Positions 1 to 8,954 are shown, counted from the first letter of the stretch. The stretch: DNA of 64,000 nucleotides from an uncultured Methanosarcinales archaeon (GCA_964419615.1 CAYQPU010000002.1:16096-80095), one strand, 5' to 3'. The notes: generated by a model not told the origin, from the sequence alone. Program-made: numbers and translations.

Positions 1-258
1 ATAATTGTAGATGGAATTCCTCTTTGCTTGATGCAAGGATATGAGCATCTAAACATTGACACACAATTCATCATAGATTCCATACTTAACCCATTTATTG
101 AAGAAAAAATCAAACCCAAGGTTTGTAATTCCTGTTCACTAAGTAAAATTTGTTCAGGAATGAGAAAAGATTATTATGAAATATTTGGAGCTGATGAACT
201 TAAACCTTCTAGTACAAACCCCAAGCAAATTATAAAAATAATAAAATGCAAAGAATAG
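1..258 (+). CDS. HxsC-like radical SAM protein, C-terminal part (5' end outside window)
   Basis: Frame 1 is open from base 1 (IIVDGIPLCLMQGY...). It has the PLC motif and C-terminal CxxCxxxxxCxG...YxxxFGxxELKP shared by the HxsC-like paralogs downstream. Confidence 0.8.
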   Translation: MIVDGIPLCLMQGYEHLNIDTQFIIDSILNPFIEEKIKPKVCNSCSLSKICSGMRKDYYEIFGADELKPSSTNPKQIIKIIKCKE

Positions 259-1163
259 ACCTTCAATTAAACATGACCTGCAATGAGAATTGTTTATTTT
301 GCGCTTCAGCTGATGGCTCAAATTCATTTACAGACACTAAGAAATCAATTGAAATAATTCAGGATGCAATTGAATCTGGTGTGACAGATATCTGTTTTTC
401 TGGTGGAGAACCCACCTTAAGAGACGATCTTCCAATATTAGTTAATTACATCAAAAAACAAAATCCACTGATTAAAGTTACTGTATTAACAAATGCTATG
501 AGGCTTTGTTATGAATGGTACTCAAAAAAACTAGACAAAGTGGATTATTTTAACATCTCGGTTCATGGTTCAAATAGTAAACCAAATGATGCACTAACCC
601 GAACTCCAGGAAGTTTTGATAAAACAATATCTGGAGCAACAGTGATTCAAGAATTAGGTTATACTTTTGGATTTTATTTTGTTATAACTAAAACTAACTA
701 TAAGGAGATTGTCGAGTTTGCAGAGTTTGTAAAAAAGAATTTTCCAAAATGTAAGGCCATTACATTTTCTTTCCCATATTTATCAGGGAACATGCTCAAA
801 CATTTATTCTTATTGCCAAAACTTTCAAAAATAAGTCCTTTGTTGGATGAATCTAAGAAACTATGTGAAGATGCAGGAATTGGATGGGAATTATCCAGTT
901 GCGGTCTTATGCCATTATGTACTTTAAGTGTGCCAATCAGAGCAAAGGTAATAAAGAATAATGAGTCTTATAATGAAGAATCAATTCAAACAACATCACA
1001 AGAAGGAAATAAAGATTATGTGGTAACAAAACAAAACTATCAGAACCAACATTTTGTTAGGAGCTCTGCTTGTGAGAATTGCACCCACAATTCTTTGTGT
1101 CCAGGTGTGTGGAAACAATATTCAGAAATCTATGGTACAGACGAGCTAAAGACTATTCACTAA
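246..1163 (+). CDS. HxsC-like radical SAM protein
   Basis: CNENCLFC (CxxxCxxC), FSGGEPT, SVHG...LTRTPGSF, C-terminal CENCTHNSLCPG. Confidence 0.85.
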   Translation: MQRIDLQLNMTCNENCLFCASADGSNSFTDTKKSIEIIQDAIESGVTDICFSGGEPTLRDDLPILVNYIKKQNPLIKVTVLTNAMRLCYEWYSKKLDKVDYFNISVHGSNSKPNDALTRTPGSFDKTISGATVIQELGYTFGFYFVITKTNYKEIVEFAEFVKKNFPKCKAITFSFPYLSGNMLKHLFLLPKLSKISPLLDESKKLCEDAGIGWELSSCGLMPLCTLSVPIRAKVIKNNESYNEESIQTTSQEGNKDYVVTKQNYQNQHFVRSSACENCTHNSLCPGVWKQYSEIYGTDELKTIH

Positions 1164-1206
1164 ATGTTTTTTTGAAACCTGAAGCTTTAAACTTGGGTTA
1201 ATTCTC

Positions 1207-2844
1207 TTATGCTTTGATAGAATGTTTATTTATCTCTTTATATGCAATCTCCCTGAATTCTACTGGATCACCTGTTCTTGGTGAAAGTTCTTTAAATGAA
1301 TTAAGTATTTCTTTGTGTATTATATTTTCAGTGTTTTCTTTATTAAGTTGATTTATTTTCAGCATTGCAGATTCACCTGTAAAAACATAATCGATGCGAA
1401 ACAATGCCTCTTCCTTGCCAACTACAACCTTAATCAGATTGTCTGAATAATATTTATTAATTGCTTCAATTATTTTTTCTTTTCCGATAAAAAACAGACC
1501 ATAAAAGAACTTGTCTTTTCCTGTTTTTGGCAGATAATAAATCTGATCACCTTCTTCTCTTACTTGTCCCAGCTGCTTTAGCTTTTCAAGTGGCTCAGAA
1601 AAAACATCATTCAACTCTTTTTTGAAGTTTTGCTTAAAATTACTTTTTGAGATTTGGGATATGTTTACAATAATCTCAAAGACAAACCTTTGCATTTCTT
1701 CAGCTTCTGAGAACTCAATCATGCTAAATTTACTTTTTATTGGATCTAAGGTGGGTGGGTTGCTAAAGTAACGAATTTTATTTTTAATATATGAACTAGC
1801 ATGATGACCAAGTCCCAACACAGATCCTTTACAATCAACATTAAAGTGATACACATCTGGTATTTTCTGGGCAGAAGAAAGCAAAAAGAGCATTGAAGCG
1901 GCATTTCCTGCATCAAGTATTCTCTCATCTGGAGATTCATATCCCTTGCTTACAGCATACTTGATTATTTGGGGCATGCACTCTCTTAGTTCATTAAAAT
2001 GCTTTTGAAATTCACCAAGACTTCCATTAAAATACTTTTTCAGATATGAGACTGTAGGCTGGCATTTGTAAAGCCTAACTGTTGTAGGCTGAAGATCAAG
2101 TAATCTCTTAAAACTTTTTGTAAAGGTCTTTTTTGTATCTTTGTATAGTCCAATTATCATATCTGTGTTATACTGTTCAAAGCCAAGCTCTCTGCAATTT
2201 GTAATGCATTTTGTGATCATATCTTCATTTTGATAATCTCTATTTATTGACTTAAGAACATTCAAATTTAGTGACTGTACTCCAAAACTAACCCTATTAA
2301 ATCCAGCTTGTTTTAATATTTTCAATTTATTGAATGTTGTGCTCTGAGGATTTAATTCAAATGTTTTTTCACTGGTGTCTAAAAAACTTGCATATCTAAA
2401 GAATATTTCAAGTATCTCTGATAAGTCAGTATTATCAAAAAGACTTGGAGTCCCGCCTCCAAAATACAGATTATGGAACTTTCTTTTTTTTAGCACTTCT
2501 TTAAAAAGATGTATTTGATTAATCAGACATTCTGCATATTCCTTTACCTGTCTCTTGTTTTTAACAATTCCTTTATGATATATGCAAAAATAGCACTTTG
2601 AATAACAATAAGGCACACCAATATAAACATTAATCTTATCAGTTTTATTATCAGACAGATAACTTAGCCATTTTTTCCTTATATAATCTCCATTAACTAC
2701 CTTTGATTTTTTAAGCAGCTGCCTTTCAAATAAATCTGTTAAAAAGAAATTGTGGTGATAGCCATGTTTTTTTAATTGATCCATGTAAAAAGAATACACA
2801 AACTTCTCAGCTTTGATCTCTTTGTTTATGTCTTTTAAGTCCAT
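1207..2844 (-). CDS. HemN/coproporphyrinogen III oxidase-like (class C) radical SAM protein
   Basis: YIGVPYCYSKCYFC, LYFGGGTPS, RVSFGVQS, DMIIGL; HemN_C-like C-terminal region. Confidence 0.85.
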   Translation of the reverse strand: MDLKDINKEIKAEKFVYSFYMDQLKKHGYHHNFFLTDLFERQLLKKSKVVNGDYIRKKWLSYLSDNKTDKINVYIGVPYCYSKCYFCIYHKGIVKNKRQVKEYAECLINQIHLFKEVLKKRKFHNLYFGGGTPSLFDNTDLSEILEIFFRYASFLDTSEKTFELNPQSTTFNKLKILKQAGFNRVSFGVQSLNLNVLKSINRDYQNEDMITKCITNCRELGFEQYNTDMIIGLYKDTKKTFTKSFKRLLDLQPTTVRLYKCQPTVSYLKKYFNGSLGEFQKHFNELRECMPQIIKYAVSKGYESPDERILDAGNAASMLFLLSSAQKIPDVYHFNVDCKGSVLGLGHHASSYIKNKIRYFSNPPTLDPIKSKFSMIEFSEAEEMQRFVFEIIVNISQISKSNFKQNFKKELNDVFSEPLEKLKQLGQVREEGDQIYYLPKTGKDKFFYGLFFIGKEKIIEAINKYYSDNLIKVVVGKEEALFRIDYVFTGESAMLKINQLNKENTENIIHKEILNSFKELSPRTGDPVEFREIAYKEINKHSIKA

Positions 2845-2960
2845 ATTACTAAAAAGAAGTTTAATGTATAAATAATTTATTATAACGAGAATTTTTCAAT
2901 TAAGAGAAATATGTATTAAAAAAACTTAACAATACATTTATTAACTATTATGCTATACTT

Positions 2961-3875
2961 TTGTCTTGTGAAACTTTAATGACAAATGTTATGGAAATTA
3001 CCGTAGGATATAAGTGCAATTGTAATTGTAGGTTTTGTTCTGTTGGTCATATGAGAAAAGAATTAACTCTTAGTACAGACCAAATTAAAAATAAAATTTT
3101 GGAAGCAAAAGAAAAAAACATACCAAATATTGGTTTTGGTGGTGGTGAACCAACTATTAGAAAAGATCTTTTTGAGGTCGTATCCTTTGCCAAAAAACAG
3201 GGATTTAAAGTTATCAGAATCCAAACTAATGGAGTAATGCTTGGTTATGATACTTTTGTTGATAAATTACTCAAAGCAGGAGCAACATTCTTTAAAATCT
3301 CAATCCATGGTCATAATGCAAAGATACATGACCATCTAACTCAATTACCAGGTAGTTTTAATATGGCAATTAAAGGAATAAAAAACCTTAAAAAAAGAGG
3401 TATGTCAGTTGAAATCAATATTGTAATTAACAAATTAAATTACAAGTACCTGCCTCAAATAACTGACTTTTTTATAAAAATGCAGATTTACAAGTTCTGC
3501 TTTATTTATCCTGTTTATGAAGGTAATCTGATTGATAATTTTGGTAAGATTGGCGTAAAGCTAGGTGAAATTTCTCCTTACTTGACAGATGCTCTGGATA
3601 GGGTTAAAGAGCTTGATCTTGACAAAGGAATTTGTCTAAATGTGCCTCCATGTATCCTAAGCCAAGATCCAGATATGCACTATGGTTATGTTTACAAGTT
3701 TGATACAGTTGTATCAACACCACAAGGAACCAATGACATAGATAATTCAAATAAAGAGAATCTAGTTAAGCCAAAGCAGTGCAGAAGATGTGTTTTTAAT
3801 AAAAACTGTATGGGTATATATAAGAGTTACACTAGGTTTTTTGGGATTGATGAGTTTAAACCAGTTCTTAAGTGA
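2961..3875 (+). CDS. HxsC-like radical SAM protein
   Basis: CNCNCRFC, FGGGEPT, IQTNG, SIHGHNAKIHDHLTQLPGSF, C-terminal CRRCVFNKNCMG. Confidence 0.85.
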   Translation: MSCETLMTNVMEITVGYKCNCNCRFCSVGHMRKELTLSTDQIKNKILEAKEKNIPNIGFGGGEPTIRKDLFEVVSFAKKQGFKVIRIQTNGVMLGYDTFVDKLLKAGATFFKISIHGHNAKIHDHLTQLPGSFNMAIKGIKNLKKRGMSVEINIVINKLNYKYLPQITDFFIKMQIYKFCFIYPVYEGNLIDNFGKIGVKLGEISPYLTDALDRVKELDLDKGICLNVPPCILSQDPDMHYGYVYKFDTVVSTPQGTNDIDNSNKENLVKPKQCRRCVFNKNCMGIYKSYTRFFGIDEFKPVLK

Positions 3876-3917
3876 TTTGCAAACAAATTAAGTTACTTAA
3901 AATGTCCTTGGGTCTAA

Positions 3918-4510
3918 ACTTACAGCTTAGCTGTAAGTCCGGAACGTAGTGACAGGAGCCCCGCCCAATTTCACTTCGCTTTGCTACGTTCCTGGGTTGC
4001 TCTGGCAACCAATCTCACTCTGTTCGTTGCTTTTAGCATAGCTAAAAACTTCAGGGCGAGGACTTTTAATGCAGTCACTCCGCACATTCGTGCTATGTTC
4101 GGCATCCATAAGCTTTCGCTTCTGGAGTCTGAAAACATTCAGCTAAGCTGAATGTCAGGAACGTTAGTGAGATTATTTACAGCTCTGCTGTAAGTCCGGA
4201 ATGTAGTGAAGCGAAATGAGATTATCTTTAGCTAAGCTAAAGATAACGAACGCTAGTGAATTTATCTGCGTGTTGAAGTGAGGAGCGTAAAAGCCCCCAC
4301 CTCTCAGAAATTGTAAATTTCTGATGATGGTTGCTAGAGCAACCTGGGAACGGTAGTGAGCATGCTCAGAAACTTTTGGTTTCTGACATGTAGGAAAGCT
4401 CTGCTTTCCAGATGATCAGGACGAAAAGTCCTGACATTTAGGTGGGGGATGACTTGGAAAGCTAAGCTTTACAAGCCAGGAATGAAGTGAAGCGAAATGA
4501 GATTGGCTCC
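3918..4510. repeat. Array of modular hairpin repeats (REP/BIME-like): variable stem with GC-NNN-GC cap followed by a conserved GGAAYG(N)TAGTGA tail
   Basis: Six forward modules at 3918, 4135, 4177, 4222, 4329 and 4453, plus inverted copies at ~3965-4047. 4198-4223 and 4479-4504 are identical at 25 of 26 nt. No long ORF; visibly GC-richer than the flanks. Confidence 0.85.
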
Positions 4511-4643
4511 GAACAGCAGATTTTCTTTACATAAGTAAAATGAGTAGAAAAATTTAAATACAGAAAGACTCCCATTAATCTCTAAGCTACAAGATGGATT
4601 ACTAATTAATCAGAAATCAGTAATGTAAAAAATTATAAAAAAA

Positions 4644-5150
4644 GTGTGTGTGAATGTGAAAAACAGATTATGGGTTATATTATCAATCTTCAGTTTATTT
4701 ATGCTTTTGAGTGGATGTAATACAAATGAAGGGGTTAATATGAAGGATTCATTAGACAAACAACAGAAAGTTAGAATTTCGGATGTTAGAGACTTAAACG
4801 CATATTATGAACCACCAGACGGATTTAGGTTCATTTTTGGCTTAGTTGTTGAAGATCAGGAAGTAGCAAGAAATGGTTTGTTGAATGTGACCATATCATC
4901 AAAAAAAGGTAAGTTGCTGTTAGAGAAATCAATTAACGTAAAATCCAAGGAATTCGGGAAATACACTGTTAATTCAAATAGTGTGGATAAGGAAATTTTA
5001 AGTTATTCTGGTAAGATTCCAATTAGTGAATTCAATGAATCTGAAGTTCCTGAGGGATTGTTTTGTTTAGGTTTTAAGGACTCAGAAGGAAATCAATTTA
5101 ATCAAATCTGTTCAAATGTGAAAGGGCTTCCACCTTTCCATAATGATTGA
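4644..5150 (+). CDS. Putative lipoprotein, unknown function
   Basis: Hydrophobic N-terminus ending in a lipobox-like LLSGC. Confidence 0.6.
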   Translation: MCVNVKNRLWVILSIFSLFMLLSGCNTNEGVNMKDSLDKQQKVRISDVRDLNAYYEPPDGFRFIFGLVVEDQEVARNGLLNVTISSKKGKLLLEKSINVKSKEFGKYTVNSNSVDKEILSYSGKIPISEFNESEVPEGLFCLGFKDSEGNQFNQICSNVKGLPPFHND

Positions 5151-5193
5151 CTTATAAGCAAAGCTTAAATACACATTTCTTAACTCATTTTAC

Positions 5194-6306
5194 ATGGAAT
5201 TGATCATTGATATTTTGTCTATAATCTGTGTAATCATTTTAGGGATTATCACAAGCTATGAAGATATTAAAGAGAATAAAATAAGAAACAAATGGGTGGG
5301 ACCTGCAATTCTAATTGCTTTGGTTTTATTCATCGCAAGAATTGCGAGTGTGAAAATCCTTGGACAAGGCCTCGTCTCTGGATATATCTGGGAATATCTG
5401 TCCAATTTTGTATTGTCTTTTGGAGTAGGTTTTGTTATATGGGAATTAAAACTTTGGAATGCGGCTGATTCAAAGTTAATGCTTGCCTATGCTGCATTGA
5501 TCCCTTTCACATTTTATTACTGGGGTTATACAGACAAGTTCCCCAGTTTCACCCTTTTTACCAATACATTTATACCTTACTTGTTGATTGGTACAACCTA
5601 CCTAATTATAAAAACAGATAAGAAAACAATATGGGATGTAATTAAACAAAAAGTAATTAGAACACTGCCAAGTTCACTTTCTATGATTATAGGTTTCTTA
5701 TGGATTACTAATAAGTTTACTAGCTTGCTTAATTTTAGTGGGACAGAGAGATTTAATATTGTTATTGTCATAGCTATGATGATTATATCTGAAAGATATT
5801 TAAAAGTGAAAGTTACCTATCTGGGAATCGGGCTCAGTTTACTAGCAGTAATTCTTGACTTTAACATGTTTGACCTAAAGTTTTTTCTTAAGATGTTAAA
5901 GACCATTTTCTTTTATATTATGTTAAGGTTTTTTATTGTAAGCTTAGGATTCAAATTCTTTACAAAAAGAGTCAGAGTTGCAGATCTTGAGCCAGGGATG
6001 GTTCTTGCAGACAAAATAATAGAGAGTGAAGGCAAGTATAGAGTACAGGAAAGGATTCAGATCAGTATTTCACAAGCTGTTTTAGAAAAAGTTAAAGCAG
6101 ATGATGTAATTAAGCCAAATCCTGAGGGACTAAGCAAAGAAGAAATTGAAAAAATCAAAAATTTGCGCAAATCAAAAAAACTAGACATTTATTCAGTGAA
6201 TATTGCAAAGATTTATCCTTTTGCTCCGTTTTTGTTTTTAGGAGTAATTCTAACCCTTATTTGTAAAGGAAGTGTACTCACAAGAATCTATATGTTGTTA
6301 ACATAA
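5194..6306 (+). CDS. A24 family prepilin/prearchaellin-type peptidase
   Basis: Multi-TM protein; SYEDIKENKIRN and WNAADSKL aspartate motifs; C-terminal L.PGM..A and PFAPFLFLG typical of FlaK-like A24 peptidases. Confidence 0.8.
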   Translation: MELIIDILSIICVIILGIITSYEDIKENKIRNKWVGPAILIALVLFIARIASVKILGQGLVSGYIWEYLSNFVLSFGVGFVIWELKLWNAADSKLMLAYAALIPFTFYYWGYTDKFPSFTLFTNTFIPYLLIGTTYLIIKTDKKTIWDVIKQKVIRTLPSSLSMIIGFLWITNKFTSLLNFSGTERFNIVIVIAMMIISERYLKVKVTYLGIGLSLLAVILDFNMFDLKFFLKMLKTIFFYIMLRFFIVSLGFKFFTKRVRVADLEPGMVLADKIIESEGKYRVQERIQISISQAVLEKVKADDVIKPNPEGLSKEEIEKIKNLRKSKKLDIYSVNIAKIYPFAPFLFLGVILTLICKGSVLTRIYMLLT

Positions 6307-6333
6307 TTAAACATAAGATATAAAAAGTCAACA

Positions 6334-6347
6334 GAAAAGTTTAAATA
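6334..6347 (+). promoter_or_regulatory. Archaeal BRE + TATA promoter upstream of the hxsD-hxsD2-hxsB operon
   Basis: GAAAAG followed by TTTAAATA; SD GGTGA at 6371-6375 before ATG 6380. Confidence 0.55.
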
Positions 6348-6361
6348 ACTACCAACATATC

Positions 6362-6817
6362 TTGAAAATTGGTGAGAGGATGGATGTAATAAAAACTATT
6401 GACAATATCTCAATATATAAAGATAATGTAGTACTTAGTGTGAATGAAAAAATATATCCTCTGGATATAATCTATTCTGCTTCCTATGTGTTTATGGATC
6501 GGGCATATGTTGTGATGGGTGGAGGTGGAGATGATTCAGAGGTTTTGGTGACTCTGAGGCCCAAAAAGAAAGAAAATCTAGAAGAACTTGGTAGGGATTT
6601 TAATAATGAGCTTATTAATTATGCTGTTTACAAAGAACAAAGTGTCAAGAGTAGAGGGATTAAAGAAACAATTGTTCGAAAAGCACTTGAATCTAATGTC
6701 CCAAGTTCAGGCGAATGTTCTGATGATGAATTGGGTGAGGACTCTGATGAGAGCTATAAAGATGATCCTTTAGGCATAGCTGTTCCATGGGAAGAAAAGG
6801 AAGGGAAGAATGAATAA
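6362..6817 (+). CDS. hxsD: His-Xaa-Ser system protein HxsD (probable start ATG 6380)
   Basis: IYPLDIIYSASYVFMDRAYV...LGRDFNNELINY pattern of HxsD; next to hxsB; acidic C-terminal tail. Confidence 0.75.
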   Translation: MKIGERMDVIKTIDNISIYKDNVVLSVNEKIYPLDIIYSASYVFMDRAYVVMGGGGDDSEVLVTLRPKKKENLEELGRDFNNELINYAVYKEQSVKSRGIKETIVRKALESNVPSSGECSDDELGEDSDESYKDDPLGIAVPWEEKEGKNE

Positions 6818-7055
6818 TATCACAGTAAAAAAAGGGGTTGTTCGAATATTGGTTGATACCCGGTACTATGGTTTTGGAGCAGTACTCACAGCTGCAAAGG
6901 CATACCTGGATTCCTGTTGGGTCTTTGTTGATGGGGATCTTGAAGATCAGGTTTTGGTTACATTAAAACCTAAAGACAAGAAAATTGATGTAGATTTGTT
7001 AGGATTCGAGTTTTTTAATTTTATGCTGGGGACAATTCAAAATGCCTACACCTAG
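6810..7055 (+). CDS. Second, shorter HxsD-like protein
   Basis: YGFGAVLTAAKAYLDSCWVFV...VLVTLKPK...GFEFFNFM aligns by eye with the preceding HxsD. Confidence 0.65.
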   Translation: MNNITVKKGVVRILVDTRYYGFGAVLTAAKAYLDSCWVFVDGDLEDQVLVTLKPKDKKIDVDLLGFEFFNFMLGTIQNAYT

Positions 7056-8466
7056 GGCTTTTGATTTTATTGGTAGAACTAAGAAAATTGGTTCCAAGTA
7101 TTTTGTTGCAAATATAGATGGTTCTTTTACTATGTTAACTGAAGAGGAGTATAGGAATCTTCTTTTAAAGAATCTTGACAAAGAGCTTTTTTTGGATTTA
7201 GAATCCAAGGGAGTTATTATCACGAGTAAGAATATTGATGTTATTGCTGGGCATTTTAGAAGAAGAAGGCAGGTTGTTTATCAGGGACCAAATTTACATA
7301 TAGTCATACCAACTTTGAGGTGCAACCAGGTTTGTCTTTATTGTCATGCAGCCTCAAGAAGAATGGATGCCAAAGATTGTGATATGGATAAGGAAACTGC
7401 AAAAAAAACTGTAGAATTTATTTTCCAGACTCCCTCCAGACCAATAACAATAGAATTCCAGGGGGGCGAGCCGCTTGTTAAGTTTGACATTATTAAATAT
7501 ATGCATAAATATGCAAACGAACTAAACAAGAAATATGAAAAAGACATTAGGTTTTCTATTGTTTCAAACCTAACATTGATGGATGATAAAAAATTGGATT
7601 TTATAACAAAGAACATTATTGGGCTTTGTACAAGCCTGGACGGTCCAAAATACGTGCATGATAAGAACAGAAAGATGATTGGCGGATCTGGGAGCTATAA
7701 CCTTGTTACAAATTGGATTCGAACATTTAATCAAGGATACAAGGAAGGCTATGCAAAACTTAATGCACTTGCAACCATCACCAGGCATTCTTTACCTTAC
7801 CCAAAAGAAATCATTGATGAATATAAAGATTTAGGTTTGCGCGGAGTTTGGCTTAGGTGGGTGGACCCATTTGGATTTGCTGGATTTGCGTGGGACAAGA
7901 TCAGCTATAGTGCTGAAGAATTTCTTGAGTTTTGGAAAAAGGGAGTAGATTATGTGTATGATGAATTAAAGGGATTTAAAGAGCTATCTTCTCTAATTTT
8001 GCTTCGAAAGATTTTTGCAAGATATGAACCCGCTTTTTTGGACATACTTAACCCGTGTGGTGCTGGCATTGGCCAGATGGCATATATGCACGATGGCAGT
8101 ATCTACAGCTGTGATGAGGGCAGAATGTATGGGGGAGACTTCTTTAAATTAGGGAATGTTAACCAATCATTTAGTAAAGTTATGAGCTCTCCTAAAATGT
8201 GCAGCCTTATTGCGAGTTCTGTTAGTGAAAGCTATTTTTGTGATCATTGTGTATATCAACCTTATTGCGGGGTGTGTCCAGTCTGGAATTTTGCAGACAC
8301 TGGCACTGTTGTTCCAAAATTGTCAATGGATCTTAGATGTAAAATATTAACCGGTCAGTTTGACTATTTGATTAATAAATACTTCACTAATAAAAAATTC
8401 CAAAAAACAGTGGATAAGTTAATCAAATTGGGTGATTCTCAGATAGAAAAGAATCTGTGTATTTAA
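7042..8466 (+). CDS. hxsB: His-Xaa-Ser system radical SAM/SPASM maturase HxsB
   Basis: LHIVIPTLRCNQVCLYCHA, IEFQGGEPL, SPASM cysteines (PCGAG...YSCDE...CDHCVYQPYCGVCP...C); directly upstream of the His-Xaa-Ser repeat gene. Confidence 0.9.
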   Translation: MPTPRAFDFIGRTKKIGSKYFVANIDGSFTMLTEEEYRNLLLKNLDKELFLDLESKGVIITSKNIDVIAGHFRRRRQVVYQGPNLHIVIPTLRCNQVCLYCHAASRRMDAKDCDMDKETAKKTVEFIFQTPSRPITIEFQGGEPLVKFDIIKYMHKYANELNKKYEKDIRFSIVSNLTLMDDKKLDFITKNIIGLCTSLDGPKYVHDKNRKMIGGSGSYNLVTNWIRTFNQGYKEGYAKLNALATITRHSLPYPKEIIDEYKDLGLRGVWLRWVDPFGFAGFAWDKISYSAEEFLEFWKKGVDYVYDELKGFKELSSLILLRKIFARYEPAFLDILNPCGAGIGQMAYMHDGSIYSCDEGRMYGGDFFKLGNVNQSFSKVMSSPKMCSLIASSVSESYFCDHCVYQPYCGVCPVWNFADTGTVVPKLSMDLRCKILTGQFDYLINKYFTNKKFQKTVDKLIKLGDSQIEKNLCI

Positions 8467-8470
8467 TTTT

Positions 8471-8485
8471 GCAAAAATTTATATA
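8471..8485 (+). promoter_or_regulatory. BRE + TATA promoter for the precursor gene
   Basis: GCAAAAA then TTTATATA (8478-8485); SD AGGTGA at 8515-8520. Confidence 0.5.
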
Positions 8486-8516
8486 TCAATAGAATTCAGA
8501 TATATTAAAAAGGAAG

Positions 8517-8954
8517 GTGAGTATGGGAAATAAAATTTTGCCAAGAGTTAAAAAATCCCTCCGAGGTTATCTTATGGGGGAGGATGGTAAGATTAGTAAG
8601 CAATCCATGCTTGTTATTGGAACTTTTTTAGGCGCTGCAGCGCTCTCCACAATCACTATAAGTAAAAGCGTTAGTGCCCAACATGTGTCTCATGGTTCAC
8701 ATTGTTCTCATAGCAGCCACAGTGCCCATAGCAGCCATAGTTCACATAGCAACCACGGAAGTCACAGCAGTCACGGTTCTCACGGAAGTCACGGTTCTCA
8801 TGGATCCCATGGATCCCATGGTAGTCATGGTTCCCATAGTAATCATGGTAGTCATGGAAGCCATGGTTCCCATGGTTCCCATGGTTCCCATAGTAATCAT
8901 GGTAGTCATGGATCTCATTGGAATGGATGCTGGCCGGGAGCTAACGTCATATAG
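8517..8954 (+). CDS. hxsA: His-Xaa-Ser repeat precursor peptide HxsA (probable start ATG 8523)
   Basis: 27 consecutive His-x-x triplets (22 HxS, 16 HGS) after a basic/hydrophobic leader. Confidence 0.92.
   Translation: MSMGNKILPRVKKSLRGYLMGEDGKISKQSMLVIGTFLGAAALSTITISKSVSAQHVSHGSHCSHSSHSAHSSHSSHSNHGSHSSHGSHGSHGSHGSHGSHGSHGSHSNHGSHGSHGSHGSHGSHSNHGSHGSHWNGCWPGANVI
8682..8924 (+). repeat. 9-bp-period coding tandem repeat (His-x-Ser)n, 27 units
   Basis: cay-nnn-nnn units with varied synonymous codons. Confidence 0.95.

Noticed and set aside
3918-4510. CRISPR array
   Set aside because: Repeat length and spacing are irregular, both orientations occur, the variable parts are self-complementary hairpins rather than spacers, and no cas genes are in the window.
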